A stretch of 64,000 bases of DNA from Dictyostelium discoideum (taxonomy: Eukaryota). The notes under the pieces were generated by a model. That model was not told where the DNA came from. It saw only the letters and a list, made by a program, of their open reading frames with translations, and searched no databases. The DNA lies in contig CM000151.3 in the NCBI GenBank assembly GCA_000004695.1, forward strand, positions 7,744,001 through 7,808,000, given 5' to 3'. This document shows, piece by piece, positions 11,927-30,135 of the stretch (position 1 is the stretch's first letter; every line of letters starts with the position of its first letter). The position numbers and the translations under genes were made by a program.

Positions 11927-13898
11927 ATGTTAAAATTAATTTCAAGAAATGCAATAAATAAAAATAAAATAATATTATTTAGATTATATACAACAACAAT
12001 AAATTCATCAAATAATGGTTCAACAATAAGAGAATGGAAAAAACCAAGTTTAGAGAATTCATATGATACTGGTATTATGGTAAAAAATAGTTTATTTAAA
12101 AATGGAAATGTACCATTTTTAATATCAAATTGTAGTGAAAAGAATCAACGTCCAATCAGTTGGTATACATGTGGACCAACAGTTTATAGTAGTTCACATA
12201 TTGGTCATGCAAGAAATTATATGACAGTTGATATCATTCAAAGAATTTTAATAAACTATTTCAGATTTAATATTATTCATGTAATGGGTTTAACTGATAT
12301 TGATGATAAAATTATAAATAAATCAAAACAAGAATTAATATCTGCTTCTGAACTTTCAAAAAAGTTTGAACAAGAATTCTTTGAAGATTTAAAATCATTA
12401 AATGTAAGTCTGGATAATAATAATAATAATAATAATTATAATCAAAAATAAAAAAAAAAAAAAAACAAATTAATTAATTAATTATAAAATTTTATAATTT
12501 CTTTTTATAAAAAAGATTAAACCACCAATGTTTACAACTAGAGTATCAGAACATATTGATGAAATTATTAAATATATTGAAAAGATTAAAGAGAATCAAT
12601 TAACATATGAATCAACTAAATCGGTAATATTTGATGTAAATAAATTTGGTATTGATAGATATTGTAGTTTAAGAGCAGCAAATCAACAAATTAAGTCGGA
12701 TGATACATTGTTGGAAAAGGATAAAAAATCAAGTCAGGATTTTGTATTATGGAAAGCATATAATGAAAATATTGATATCGATGGTACTGGTAATCCTGTT
12801 TGTTGGGATTCACCATTTGGTAAAGGAAGACCAGGTTGGCATATAGAATGCTCTGCAATGATTGATTCAATTTTTAAAGATCATTTAGATGTCCATTCTG
12901 GTGGTGTGGATTTAGAGTTTCCACATCACCAAAATGAAATAGCCCAATGTGAAGGCCATAGTCATTCTCATGGCAGTGGTGATGCTGAATCAACTCAATG
13001 GGCAAATTATTTCTTTCACATTGGTCATTTAATTTTAAATAATGAAAAAATGTCAAAATCACTCGGTAATGTTATAACAATTCGTGATTTCTTATCACGT
13101 TATTCTGCAAATTCACTTCGTTGGATTTGTTTAATTCATAAATATAATGATCCACTCTCTTTTTCTGATGAAACTTTACAATTATGTATTAGTAAAGAAA
13201 TTAAATTTTTAAATTGGTTTAAAATTGTTAGAGTAAGTTTTTTTTAATTAATAATTTATTTTACCTATTTTCCCCTCCCCTACTAATACTTTTTTTTTTG
13301 TTTTTTTATTTTTTTATTTATTTTATTTTATTTAATTTAGTCAAAATTAAAATTAGAACAAACAAGTGTAAATAAAGTTAAAAAAACATTTAATCATTCA
13401 ATTGAATTATTAAATCAATTAAGTGAAACAAAATATTTAATTGAAAAAGATTTAAAGGATGATTTCAATACACCATCAGTTATAAAGAGATTGGAGTTAT
13501 TAATGAAACAAACAAATGAATCAATGAATTCAATCGATACAGATTTATTATTCAATGTTCAAGATTACGTAGAGTCAATATTAAATATATTTGGTTTAGA
13601 AGTTAACAGTGAAATTAGCGATCATAATAAAACTGACGAATCAAATCAATTCTTATTGGAGAAATTATTGGATTTTAGATCTGATGTAAAGAATTTAGCA
13701 AAAAATGAAAAATCATTAGACCAAATAAAATCAAAAATTTATCAAATCACTGATCAACTCAGAAGTGATTGTCAATCCGAAATTTCATTAAGAGTTTCTG
13801 ATATTCCTGATAAAGGTACAAATAAACCTTATACAGTTGATTGGTTAGATAAAAATCATATTCAATTATTAAATATTAAAAAACAATCTAAAAAATAA
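11927..13898 (+). CDS. mcysS: Cysteinyl-tRNA synthetase, probable mitochondrial isoform, 3 exons join(11927..12403,12516..13232,13341..13898).
   Basis: N-terminal targeting-like sequence MLKLISRNAINKNKIILFRLYTTT. Class I aaRS motifs are WYTCGPTVYSSSHIGHAR (HIGH) and NNEKMSKSLGNVITIRDFL (KMSKS). IKPPMFTTRVSEHIDEIIKYIEKI is typical of CysRS. Donors GTAAGT at 12404 and 13233; acceptors AAAAG at 12515 and TTTAG at 13340. Frames are continuous. The symbol follows the dictyBase convention and is tentative. Confidence 0.85.
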
Positions 13899-13942
13899 TA
13901 ATAATATTAATAATAATAATTATAGCCACAATGTAGTACCAA

Positions 13943-13978
<36 letters not shown>

Positions 13979-14099
13979 ACAAATAAAAAAAATAAATAAA
14001 TATTATTATTTTTATTTTTATTATTTTTGTTTTCTTATTTTATTTTTTTTCCCAAATACGGCATATCTAGATAAGTTTTGGTAGTTATTACAAGTATAA

Positions 14100-14340
<241 letters not shown>

Positions 14341-14795
14341 AATATATTATTTTGGAATCTACTAATAATAGCTTTTTTTAATTAAAAAACTACTATTAAT
14401 AACTGTTGTGGTGAACTGCTTTACTGTTTTTTATTATGTCACAGTTAAAATTAAATTGTTTATTGGTGTTAAATTAAAAAAAAAAAAAAAAAAAAAAAAG
14501 CCAGAAATTGGTGGTGGCAATTATTGCTTGTGTAAAAAAAATTGTATTCTAAAATTAATTTTCCCACATATATTGGTAAATTAAAACATTATCAACACCG
14601 TTAATCATATATATTTAATAAATATAAATAAATATAAATAAATTATAATTATATTATTAAATTCAAAATTATTTGTTTTTTTTTTTTTTGGAGAAAGAAA
14701 AAAAAGTATAAATTGGAATTAAAAAATTATTTTTCATCATTAAATAAAAAAATAAATTATTTGTTTAATAAAAAAGAAATCCTAAAATTAAAAAA

Positions 14796-15151
14796 ATGAC
14801 AATTTTATGTATGTTCAAAAATATGTCTAAAAAAAAAAAAATGTACAAATTAAAAGAAAAAAAACCTAATTCCTTATTTTTTATTTTCCTAAATAAATAG
14901 CTGCAATCACTTCAATTACAAGACCAAATAAAATTAGTAAATCAGTTGTTTCATCAAATGGAGGTGCTTCATTGTCATTGAGTTCTAATTCAGTTGCATG
15001 TGCTACTGCTTGTGGTGGATCAAGTTATTCATACAGCTCAAGTTACTCAAGTTCAGGTTTGGGATATTCATATAACTCAAGCTATTCAAGTTCAGTTGGC
15101 TATAGTTCCTCCGTTGGCGTTGTAATTGGAAGTTGTGGCCATTGCAGTTAA
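14796..15151 (+). CDS. HssA/B (2C/7E)-family small Gly/Ser/Tyr/Cys-rich protein, 2 exons join(14796..14808,14901..15151).
   Basis: Micro-exon 1 is ATGACAATTTTAT (MTIL+1 nt). Donor GTATGT at 14809; acceptor AAATAAATAG at 14900. Exon 2 is [83 protein letters not shown]. The MTIL(A/S)..S... start, one tiny first exon and a ~90-aa G/S/Y/C-rich body are characteristic of the Dictyostelium hssA/sigN family. Confidence 0.65.
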
Positions 15152-15587
15152 TTTAATTAATTAACTCTAATTAATTAATTTATTAATTAATTCAACCAAG
15201 GAAATTTATTTCCTTCGTCATCAAAAAATGTATATATGTAAAAAAAATAAAAAAATAAAAAAATATCAATGTTAAATTGTTTAAAAATTAAAAATACCTT
15301 AATATTTTTCTTTATTCATTTATTAAAAAAATAACTTTTTATTTTTATTTTGGATTATTGATTAAAATGATTATTAAAAAAAATAATTTTTTTTTTTTTT
15401 TTTTGAAATATTGTATGATAATCAGAAATAGTCAATTAATCCAATTTTAATAGAATTATCAAATTATTGATAAAATAATTGAAACATTGTTGATTAGAGA
15501 TAATTTTTTATATGTGTGCGTGGATTAAATCCATACAACTTTTATTTAAAGAAATTTTTAAATAAATAAAACTAAATTTTAAATTTC

Positions 15588-16441
15588 TTAATTTATTTTT
15601 ATTACATATAAATTTTTAAGTTTATAAAGTTCATTAGCTTTTTCTGTCGAAATTAATGTATTCTATTTATAATTAAATTATTAAAAAAAATTAAATTAGA
15701 CCAATATACATTTTTAGAAAAATAAAAAATAATAAAAAAAAAAAAAAAAAGATGAATAAACTTACATTTAAATAAACTTTACATAAAGTTTTACAATGAT
15801 TTAATATTATATCTATTGATTTATCAGTGATTTGATTTGAACTTAAATTTAAAGTTTCTAAACCTTCCCCAACCAATGATAAAACATTTTCTAAAACTTC
15901 ATCATCAATCTTTGTTTTACTGATATTTAAAAATTTAAGTTTATTTAATTTTGAGAAAATTGAAAAACAATTATCTTTTGTTATACTATATAAATAAAAA
16001 TAATTTAATAATTAATATTATTATTATTATTATTATTATTTATAAAAAATAAAAAAAATATACATTACTTCCAATCAATTATTGATAAATCATTTAAATT
16101 TGGGAAACTAATTTCAGGACAAGTTAAGGTATAGGATGAACGAAATGTTTTTAAAGTTTCAGAGTGTACATTAATATTACCAACATTTCTACAAAAGTCA
16201 ATTGATAACTCTCTTAGATTTGGCATGGATTCTAAGGCGGTATTAATTGCACCACCAGTTATTTGAAAATTATTATAAATATTAATCACTTGAAGATTCG
16301 TTAATGACATAAATAATGAAATGAATATATCATTTCTAATAATCATATTAACTAATGTTAAATGAGTAATTTGTTTACATTTATAAAGTTTTTCAAGTAG
16401 TGATGGATTAAATAATGAATCTTTTGACCTATATGATAACA

Positions 16442-16491
<50 letters not shown>

Positions 16492-17384
16492 GATAGGTTT
16501 TAATACCTATAGTTTATTATTATTATTATTATTGATTATCTTTATATACTTACTAATTTTGTTAATAATGGACAAGATTCCAAGTATTTATATAATTGTA
16601 TGGATTCAACAGTACCAGGTAAATTTAAAGAAGTTAAAGAACCTAACTTTTTGAAATAATTTGGAGGTTCGCTTGAAATGAATGTTGGTAATGATAATGA
16701 TACAATCTTTCTTTGATGTGGTGTTTCAAAGAATCCATTGAAAAATTTTATACTTAAACAATCATTAATTGATAAATTTTCAATATTTGACATTGCCACA
16801 CAATTATTTATATATTTGAATACATTTGAAGTGATTTTATATAGTTTATCCATTATTAATGTTTCAATATAAAAACTATGAAAAATTCTTGTTTTTTTAT
16901 TCTTTTTATTTTCTTTTATTATTATTATATTATTATGATGATCATTATTATTATTATTCTCTGTGGTTTCATTATTACTATTTTCAACTATTTCATTATT
17001 ATTATTATTATTTTCATTGTCTTCATCATCTTCATTATGGTTGTTATCATTAGTTTCATTATTATTCTCGCTAATTCTATCAATAAAGTTGAAATTATTG
17101 TTATTAAAATATTGATTAAGTATACTACATAGTCTATAGATAACTTTATCTTGTGCTTCTACCATGAAGCTAAGGTCCATAACTCTCCACCTATTTGAAT
17201 AAAAAAATAATGATCTTAAATGTTTACAAACACTTGACCCAAATCTAAAAAATGTTTTGAAATCCATTTCATTAACAATTGAATCGAATAATGGTTTTGA
17301 AATTTTATTTAATATATTATTACTAATAATAAGGGTTGATACACCCAACCTTATTTCATTGGTTGTTGAACAATTATTATCCAT
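15588..17384 (-). CDS. F-box/LRR-repeat protein, 4 exons join(complement: 17384..16554, 16442..16069, 15985..15766, 15662..15588).
   Basis: Exon 1 has an F-box-like FKTFFRFGSSVCKHLRSLFFYSNRWRVMDLS and an acidic Asn-rich insert. Donors GTAAGT (16553-16548), GTAATG (16068-16063) and GTAAGT (15765-15760). Exons 2-3 encode LRR-type repeats (LTLVNMIIRNDIF..LTNLQVINIYNNFQITGG..MPNLRELSIDFCRNVGNINV..., KLNKLKFLNISKTKIDDEVLENVLSLVGEGLETLNLSSNQITDKSIDIILNHCKTLCKVYLN). Phases are consistent (0,2,0). The last short exon (NTLISTEKANELYKLKNLYVIKIN*) is the least certain. Confidence 0.6.
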
Positions 17385-17648
17385 TATTTATTTTTATTTT
17401 TATTATTAATATTATTATTTTTTATTATTATTGTTGTATTTGATCAAAATTAAAAATAAAAAAAAAAAAAAATAAAACATTCAAATTTTACACTTTTAAA
17501 AAAAAAAAAAAAAATAATTTCATTTTTTTTATTAATTAAAAAAAAAAAAAAAGCCCAGGATAACCAACTTTTTTTTTTTGTTTTGTTTTTTCCAAGATTA
17601 TTTAATTTAAAATTTATTTTTATGGTTTTAATTAAAAAACCAGTATTT

Positions 17649-18287
17649 CTAGTCATATTTAAATTTGAAAGGATCACTATTACTTTGGGATAATAAAGCA
17701 AAATAACATAAAACAGTGAATACACCTTGAAGATACCTAAATACTAAATTACCATTTGATACTATATTTGTCATTGATAATGGTAAATAAGTTAAAGCAA
17801 TAACTAATCCAATATGAAATATTTTAGATTTTAATTTTAATAATACCTAAATGAAATAAATGAAATTATAAATATATTAGAATAAAGTTTTTTTTAATTT
17901 TCTATAATTTAAATGAGGGATGAGTGAGTGAGAGATTAACTTACCGATTCATCATCGTCATCACCATTTATAAATTGATCAGTACTATCAGAATCCAGTT
18001 TATTATTAATTATTGGATATGATATTAATATGAAAGTAACCAAATAAGATAATGATTTTAATATGTTTACAGTGTTTATAATCGATGATGTATCGAATTG
18101 GAAAAAGAATGAATAAAGATTTAAACAAATGGTTAATGTTATTAATGATATATCTGATAACATTGATTCTTCAACCATATACATATATGGTAATAATAAT
18201 ATCATCAATGTACCTAAACTTGATAATAAACTTTAAAATAAAAATAATTTAAAAAATTAATATTTAAATAATTATTTTTTAAAAATA

Positions 18288-18319
<32 letters not shown>

Positions 18320-18841
18320 TTACCATGAATTTAAAGTTGAAATTATATTATAATTAAATATTTGATAAATTATAAAGAAAGAAAGTGAATATGAAAAGAT
18401 TGAAATTAAAATTACAAATGTTTTGAAAATGATATTATTTGAATCACTTGAAATTAATTGATTTGAGAGGGAACGTGATTTGAAAACAATTAATAAAATG
18501 GCTTGATATGATTCTACTGTATAAACTAATAATGGAAATATCCATTGAAAACAATAATAATAGAAATCTATCACTTGATCGGGAATTAATGGGTAGATAT
18601 AATATGATAATGCCAATATTGGTATATCTATTATAAATTTAATAAAATTCCATTTTTCAATTCCACCTTTAACAAATAATGATTGAACTAATAATGATAT
18701 CAATTGACATATCAATAATACTAATGAAATTCTTAATGTTGATCTATAATCTAAAAATATTGATGATGCTACTAATCCAACTAAAGGTGTTGCAAAGAAA
18801 AATAATTTAATTGTCATTAAAATTAATGAAATTATTATCAT
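17649..18841 (-). CDS. Polytopic membrane protein of unknown family (~334 aa), 3 exons join(complement: 18841..18324, 18230..17945, 17846..17649).
   Basis: Exon 1 is MIIISLILMTIKLFFFATPLVGLVASSIFLDYRS..IPILALSYYIYPLIPDQVIDFYYYCFQWIFPLLVYTVESYQAILLIVFKSRS..., with several predicted TM helices. Donors GTAATC (18323) and GTAAGT (17944); acceptors TTTTAAAG and TTTAG. The phase-2 and phase-0 junctions are clean. It ends ..YLQGVFTVLCYFALLSQSNSDPFKFKYD*. Confidence 0.55.
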
Positions 18842-19035
18842 TTTTTTATTTGAATTATTATTATTTATTAATATTAATATTATTTATATATTCACTATTT
18901 AAAAATAAAAATAAAAAAAAATAAAAAAAAAAAATTATTTACAACCTTAAAATTGCGCCTTTTCTTACTTTTTTTTTTTTTTTCACTTTTTTTTTTTTTT
19001 CATTTAATAATTTTTTTTTTTTTTTTTCTTTTCAA

Positions 19036-19482
19036 ATGATTCCAAATAATATAAATAACCGAAAAAAATTAAAATTACCAGAATTATTTAAAGAAAAATA
19101 TGGATTCAATAAAAAAGGAATTGAATTAAGATATTGTGATGGTGAAAAAGGTATGGGTATATTTTCAAATAGAAAATTTAATAAGGGTGAAAAGATTATG
19201 AAAATTGAACCATACGTTTGGTCAGTTGCAAAGCATGCTATAGTTTGTGATGAATGTTTAAAGAATAAATTGGATTTAGAAGAAGGTAAAACTTTGAAAA
19301 GATGTTCAAATTGTAAATTGGTTTACTATTGTTCAACTGATTGTCAAACTAAAGCATGGAAAATTCATAAACAAGAATGTAAAATCCTTTCAACAATTCC
19401 TTCAACAACTGATAAAAAAAATATAAATACAAAATCAACTACAATGTTATTAAGATTATTTATAAAAAGGAATTTAGAATTA

Positions 19483-19536
<54 letters not shown>

Positions 19537-19968
19537 GATAACCATATTACTGGTCAATATGAAATTATTGATGGTCTTTTAAATCGTATGTATCCTTTAT
19601 TTTTATTTTTATTCTATTAATGTTAACATTAATTATTAATTTTATTTATATATATATATATATATTAATATAGATAAAGATATTAGATCAGATAATAATG
19701 AATATAAATCATTTTCAAGTGGATTTTGTAGTTTATTAGGTGAAGATCCACAATTAAAAGCACCAATTGTTTTAGAGTATCTATTGAAATTGGAACCAAA
19801 TTGTATAACAATACCAAGATGTGAAGCCTCTTCAATTGGTTTATATCCATTAATGTTATTTTTTAATCATTCGTATGTAAACCTATTTCATTAAAACTTT
19901 TTTTTATTTTTATTTTTATTATTATTATTATTATTATTATTGATATATATATATATTAACTTTTATAA

Positions 19969-20004
<36 letters not shown>

Positions 20005-20280
20005 TTTAGATGTAAACCAAATATATCAATTATAAATAATAGAAAAGAATTATTAATTATTACAAATAAAATTATTGAAAAGGATGAAGAGTTATTTATA
20101 AATTATAGTCCTGCAATTTGTTATAGAAATGAAAGATTGGATAACTTAAAACAATGTTTTTTCTTTAACTGTAAATGTACATTATGTTTAGGTGAAGAGA
20201 AAATAAAATCAAAAGATCTATATATAACTTGCAATATAAATAATTGTGGTGGTAGAATTAATCAAGAAATTGATATTAAT

Positions 20281-20323
<43 letters not shown>

Positions 20324-20910
20324 GCAACAACAACAACAACAACAACAATAGCAATGAAGAGATTTTAAAGTGTTATAAATGTTTAAAAGTTTATAAAGGC
20401 CAAGAAAAAGATGAAATCCTTAAAAAGAAATTAATAATAAAAAATTTACAAAATAAATTATCAACAAATACTGACCAAATTAATATCAACCAAGAATTTA
20501 AATCGTTACTTGAATTATATTGTAAAGAGATTCATCCAACCGATCCATTATTTTATGAAATTGTAAATAAAACTCAATTATTTTATTTAGGTAATAATAA
20601 TAAATTTATAAGTGATAATGAATTATCAACAATATATCACCCAAGATATCAAATAATGATAAAGTATCATCTATTACAAGTTCAAAACTTAGAATATGAA
20701 TATTGTAGACAAATGTTAGATTATGTGAATACATTAGCAACAACAAGTTATTTTAAAGATGCTCTTAATATTTTAACAGATTTAATGTCAAATCATTTAT
20801 CTCAAATCGATTTCTATGGTTTCAATAGAGATGAATTATTATCTTTACTTTATAATTTACAACATGAATATAAAAATAATATAAAGACCAGTCGTAAAAT
20901 AATAAACTAA
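19036..20910 (+). CDS. SET and MYND domain-containing protein (SMYD-type lysine methyltransferase), 3 exons join(19036..19585,19674..19872,20010..20910).
   Basis: MYND zinc finger CDECLKNKLDLEEGKTLKRCSNCKLVYYCSTDCQTKAWKIHKQEC. The split SET domain has the canonical NHSCKPN motif, which is reconstituted across intron 2 (..FFNHS|CKPNISIINNRKELLIITNKIIEKDEELFINYSP..). Donors GTATGT at 19586 and 19873; acceptors TATAG at 19673 and TTTTAG at 20009. A post-SET Cys-rich region follows (CFFFNCKCTLCLGEE). Confidence 0.8.
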
Positions 20911-20968
20911 AAAAAATAAAATTAAAAATTACTTTTTTATATTTAATAATTTTATTATTTAATTATTT

Positions 20969-26836
<5,868 letters not shown>

Positions 26837-27056
26837 TGTGGTGTTATTGAAAAATTAAAATGAGGGAAAATTTCAAAATAAAAATAAATAATAATAAAAT
26901 ATAATTTAAAAATAATTTAAAAAAATAAGAAACTATCTCATTGTTTGAATATATGAAATAAGAAAAAAAAATAAAAAAAATAAAAAAATTAAAAAAAAAA
27001 AAAAAATTTTGTATTTACATTAAATCAATTACTTGAACAATTTACAAGATTCCGAA

Positions 27057-27106
<50 letters not shown>

Positions 27107-27779
27107 CGAGTAATCCATTTGTAAATTTTAAAAAAATAAAAATAAAGAAAAAAAAAATAATAAAAAAAATAGAAAAATAGTAAAAAGAAAAGATAATAGA
27201 AAAGGTGTTAATTATATAATCATTTACACAATAAATTAATTTATTTTTTAAAAATTGGGTTGAATAGGATTATTGTGAAAAAACTAATTTAAAAAAAGTT
27301 TAAAAAAATAAATAAATAATTTTTTCTTTTTTTTTTTTATTATTATTAAAATAGTTTTGATCACTAAAAATATATAATTATTTCATTTTTAATATTAAAT
27401 TATAAAATATTGAATGCCAATTATTTTTTTTTATTTTTATTTTTTTTTTTTATTTTTTTTCTACCGAAATAATTGGGAAACCATTTTTTTTTTAATTTTA
27501 ATTTTTTTTTAAAAAATTGGTCATGAGTTTTTTTTTTTATTTATTTTAATTTAAATTAATTTTTTTGATTTTCAGACCATCGTCACAATCAATTAGTCAC
27601 CAATTTCGTTTTTTTTTTTTTGAATTTTAGTATAAATAGGGTCAAAACCAATACCATTTATTCACACCATCACCTAAAAAGTTAACTGTTTGTTGATAAA
27701 CCTATTATTAAACACACAATTTTTCTTTTTTTTAGAATCGATCCTCACAGTTTGATTTTTTCTTTTTTTTTTTTTTTCG

Positions 27780-27844
27780 TCCCTCGCATATCTTATCTTT
27801 TATTTATTTTTATTTTTATTTTTTTTTCATCCCTCGCATATCTT
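27780..27844 (+). promoter_or_regulatory. Two direct copies of TCCCTCGCATATCTT spaced 50 bp apart, 25-90 bp upstream of the ATG at 27869. Candidate promoter element.
   Basis: Exact 15-mer at 27780-27794 and 27830-27844. These are GC-rich islands in a 90% AT context. A TATAAATAGG box lies at ~27630. Confidence 0.3.
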
Positions 27845-27868
27845 TTTTTTTATTTTTTTTATACCAAA

Positions 27869-28912
27869 ATGAGTTCTACCCTTAAACAACAACTTGAAGA
27901 ACAACAACAATACTATAACGAAAGAGCAACGTAAAGTATCTTATAGTTGTTTAGTTCTCTATCAAGTTATGGCCTAAATTAATTTATTTTTTATTTTAAT
28001 TATTTTTTTTTTCTATATTTTATATCTTTTTTTCCTCTTTTTTTTCCACTTTTTTATTTTTTTATTTATTTTTATTTTAAATTATGTTTTATATTTAGTC
28101 AATATGATGATTGGTGGCATTTCTCAGGCAGTTTCGACCAAGGAGAACAAGTTAAAGCAGAGGCATTAAAAAACAGAGAAGGATTTTACAATTTCTTTTC
28201 AAAGATCACCGAAAATGCTGGTACTGAAAAATTAAATGTTTTAGAATGCGCTAGTGGTATGTTTATTTTTATTTTTAATTATTTAGGATCTTGTATTTAT
28301 ATTTTTTTTTTTTTTTTTTTTATTATTATTATTTATCAAGGTACTGGTAATTTTACAAAATTATTTTTAAATGAAAAATATAAATTACATTGCGAAGAAG
28401 GTTCACTTCAAATGATTGATGTCCTCAAATCAAAATTTGAAAAAGAAATCAAAGAAATGGGTGATAACTTCTCAATCAACCAAACTGATTTATTCAGTGA
28501 GAAATTTAACCCAGCACCAAATACCTACGATATTGTATTTATGGGTTTCTTAATTTCTCATATTCCACCATCTCTCTTTAATGAATTCTTTTCAAAGTGT
28601 ACTACTGCTTTAAAACCAAATGGTAGATTAGTTTTCATCGATAGTTATTACCATAAAAGCTATAAATTAAAAGTCCACGAATCTGGTAAAAACAATATCA
28701 AGTTGGATGAAAATTTGAAAGATGATGACTATATCATTAAGAGAAAATTATTAGATGGTAAAGAATTCAGCATTTACAAGATTTGTTTCACCGCTGAATC
28801 AATTATGAATACCCTCACTGATGTTGGTTTATTAATGCAAAATAATGATTCAGTTATCATAAATAGTACCTACATTTTTGGAAGTTATTCAAAACCAGGA
28901 TCTTCAAATTAA
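27869..28912 (+). CDS. Class I SAM-dependent methyltransferase, 3 exons join(27869..27930,28099..28256,28341..28912).
   Basis: Exon 1 is MSSTLKQQLEEQQQYYNERAT. Donor GTAAAG at 27931; acceptor TTTAG at 28098. Exon 2 is ..QYDDWWHFSGSFDQGEQVKAEALKNREGFYNFFSKITENAGTEKLNVLECASG. Donor GTATGT at 28257; acceptor TCAAG at 28340. Exon 3 is GTGNFTKLF... giving motif I LECASGTGNFT, a post-I acidic residue and motif II-like DIVFMGFLISHIPP. Confidence 0.75.
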
Positions 28913-29308
28913 TTTTTTATTTATTTATTTATTTATTAATTTTTAAAAAATAAAAAAACAATTAAAAAAAAATAAAAAAATTAATAATAAATAAAAAAAT
29001 AATAGTTCATATTCTAGAATTATCGAATATTGAATTCACACTATTACATTCACAAAAAATGAATATCTGCAAATCTTTTTTTTTTTTATTTTTTTTTTGG
29101 GAAATAAGTTAAAAAAAAATAAAATATTTATCAATAAATTAAAAAAAAAAAAAAAAAAAAATCATAAAAAATAAACGACTCGGTAATTTAATGAAATCGT
29201 TTTTTTTTTTTTTTTATTTTTTTCTTTTTTTAAATTACATGGTTGAATTAATATATACATATAAATAAAAAAAATAAATAGATAATTTTTAAAAAAATAA
29301 AAAAAAAA

Positions 29309-29521
29309 ATGAATTTTAGAATATTTGACAAAATTGGAAATTCATATAAAAAATCATTACAAAATAGGCCAGTCATCACAAAATCATTAACAGGTACAGT
29401 TGTATTTTTTTTAGGTGATACTTTAGCTCAAAAAATAGAAAATAGAGGATATGATCCAAAAAGAACATTAATGATGTGTACAGTTGGTACATTTATAGTA
29501 GTTCCACAAATTCATTTGTAT

Positions 29522-29561
<40 letters not shown>

Positions 29562-29588
29562 GATATTTTTAATTTAATTAATTAATAA

Positions 29589-29622
<34 letters not shown>

Positions 29623-30020
29623 GGTTTAAATTTTTAGATAAAACATTTACAAAACCAGGATGGGCAGGAGCAATACCAAAAGTTGTAGTTGATCAATTGA
29701 CATTTGGACCATATTTATTTGTATGCAATATGACATCAGTACAATTATTTCATCAAGGTTTTAATTTTGATACTCACCAATGGAAAGATAAAATGAAAAA
29801 AGATTTTTTCCCAGTACTTCAAAAAGCATGGATGATTTGGCCACTTACAAATTGTATATTATTTAGATTCGTTCATCCAGATTATAGAATTTTAATTAGT
29901 AATTTAGTGAGTGTTGGTTGGAATTGTATTTTATCAACTGTTTCAAATAAATCATTTTTAAAAAATAATAATAATAATAATGATCCTTCAATTTCAACAA
30001 TGGCATCATTAAATGAATAG
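29309..30020 (+). CDS. Mpv17/PMP22-family membrane protein (peroxisomal/mitochondrial inner-membrane type), 2 exons join(29309..29517,29621..30020).
   Basis: Exon 1 is MNFRIFDKIGNSYKKSLQNRPVITKSLTGTVVFFLGDTLAQKI..CTVGTFIVVPQIH. Donor GTATGT at 29518; acceptor A(n)G at 29620. Exon 2 is (F)WFKFLDKTFTKPGWAGAIPKVVVDQLTFGPYLFVCNM..KAWMIWPLTNCILFRFVHPDYRILISNLVSVGWNCILS. It matches the Mpv17/PXMP2 signature W(Y/F)..LD..F.....KV..DQL.FAP...F..WP..Q..NF..VP...R.L.....WN.YLS. Confidence 0.75.
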
Positions 30021-30135
30021 AGATAAATAAAATAAAATGTTGAAAAAAAAAAAAAAAAAAAAAAAAATCAAATATTATTATTATTTATATTTTATATTTA
30101 TATTTTATTTATTTAATTTAATTTAATTAAATAAT

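Noticed and set aside
12874-13062. 62-aa minus-strand ORF rich in His
   Set aside because: It is antisense to the CysRS exon 2 region that encodes the His-rich insert.
15691-15876. ORF continuing ...KVYLNVSLFIFFFFFLLFF through a poly-T tract
   Set aside because: It is better explained by a GTAAGT donor right after KVYLN (intron 3 of the F-box/LRR gene). The remainder is intronic poly-T.
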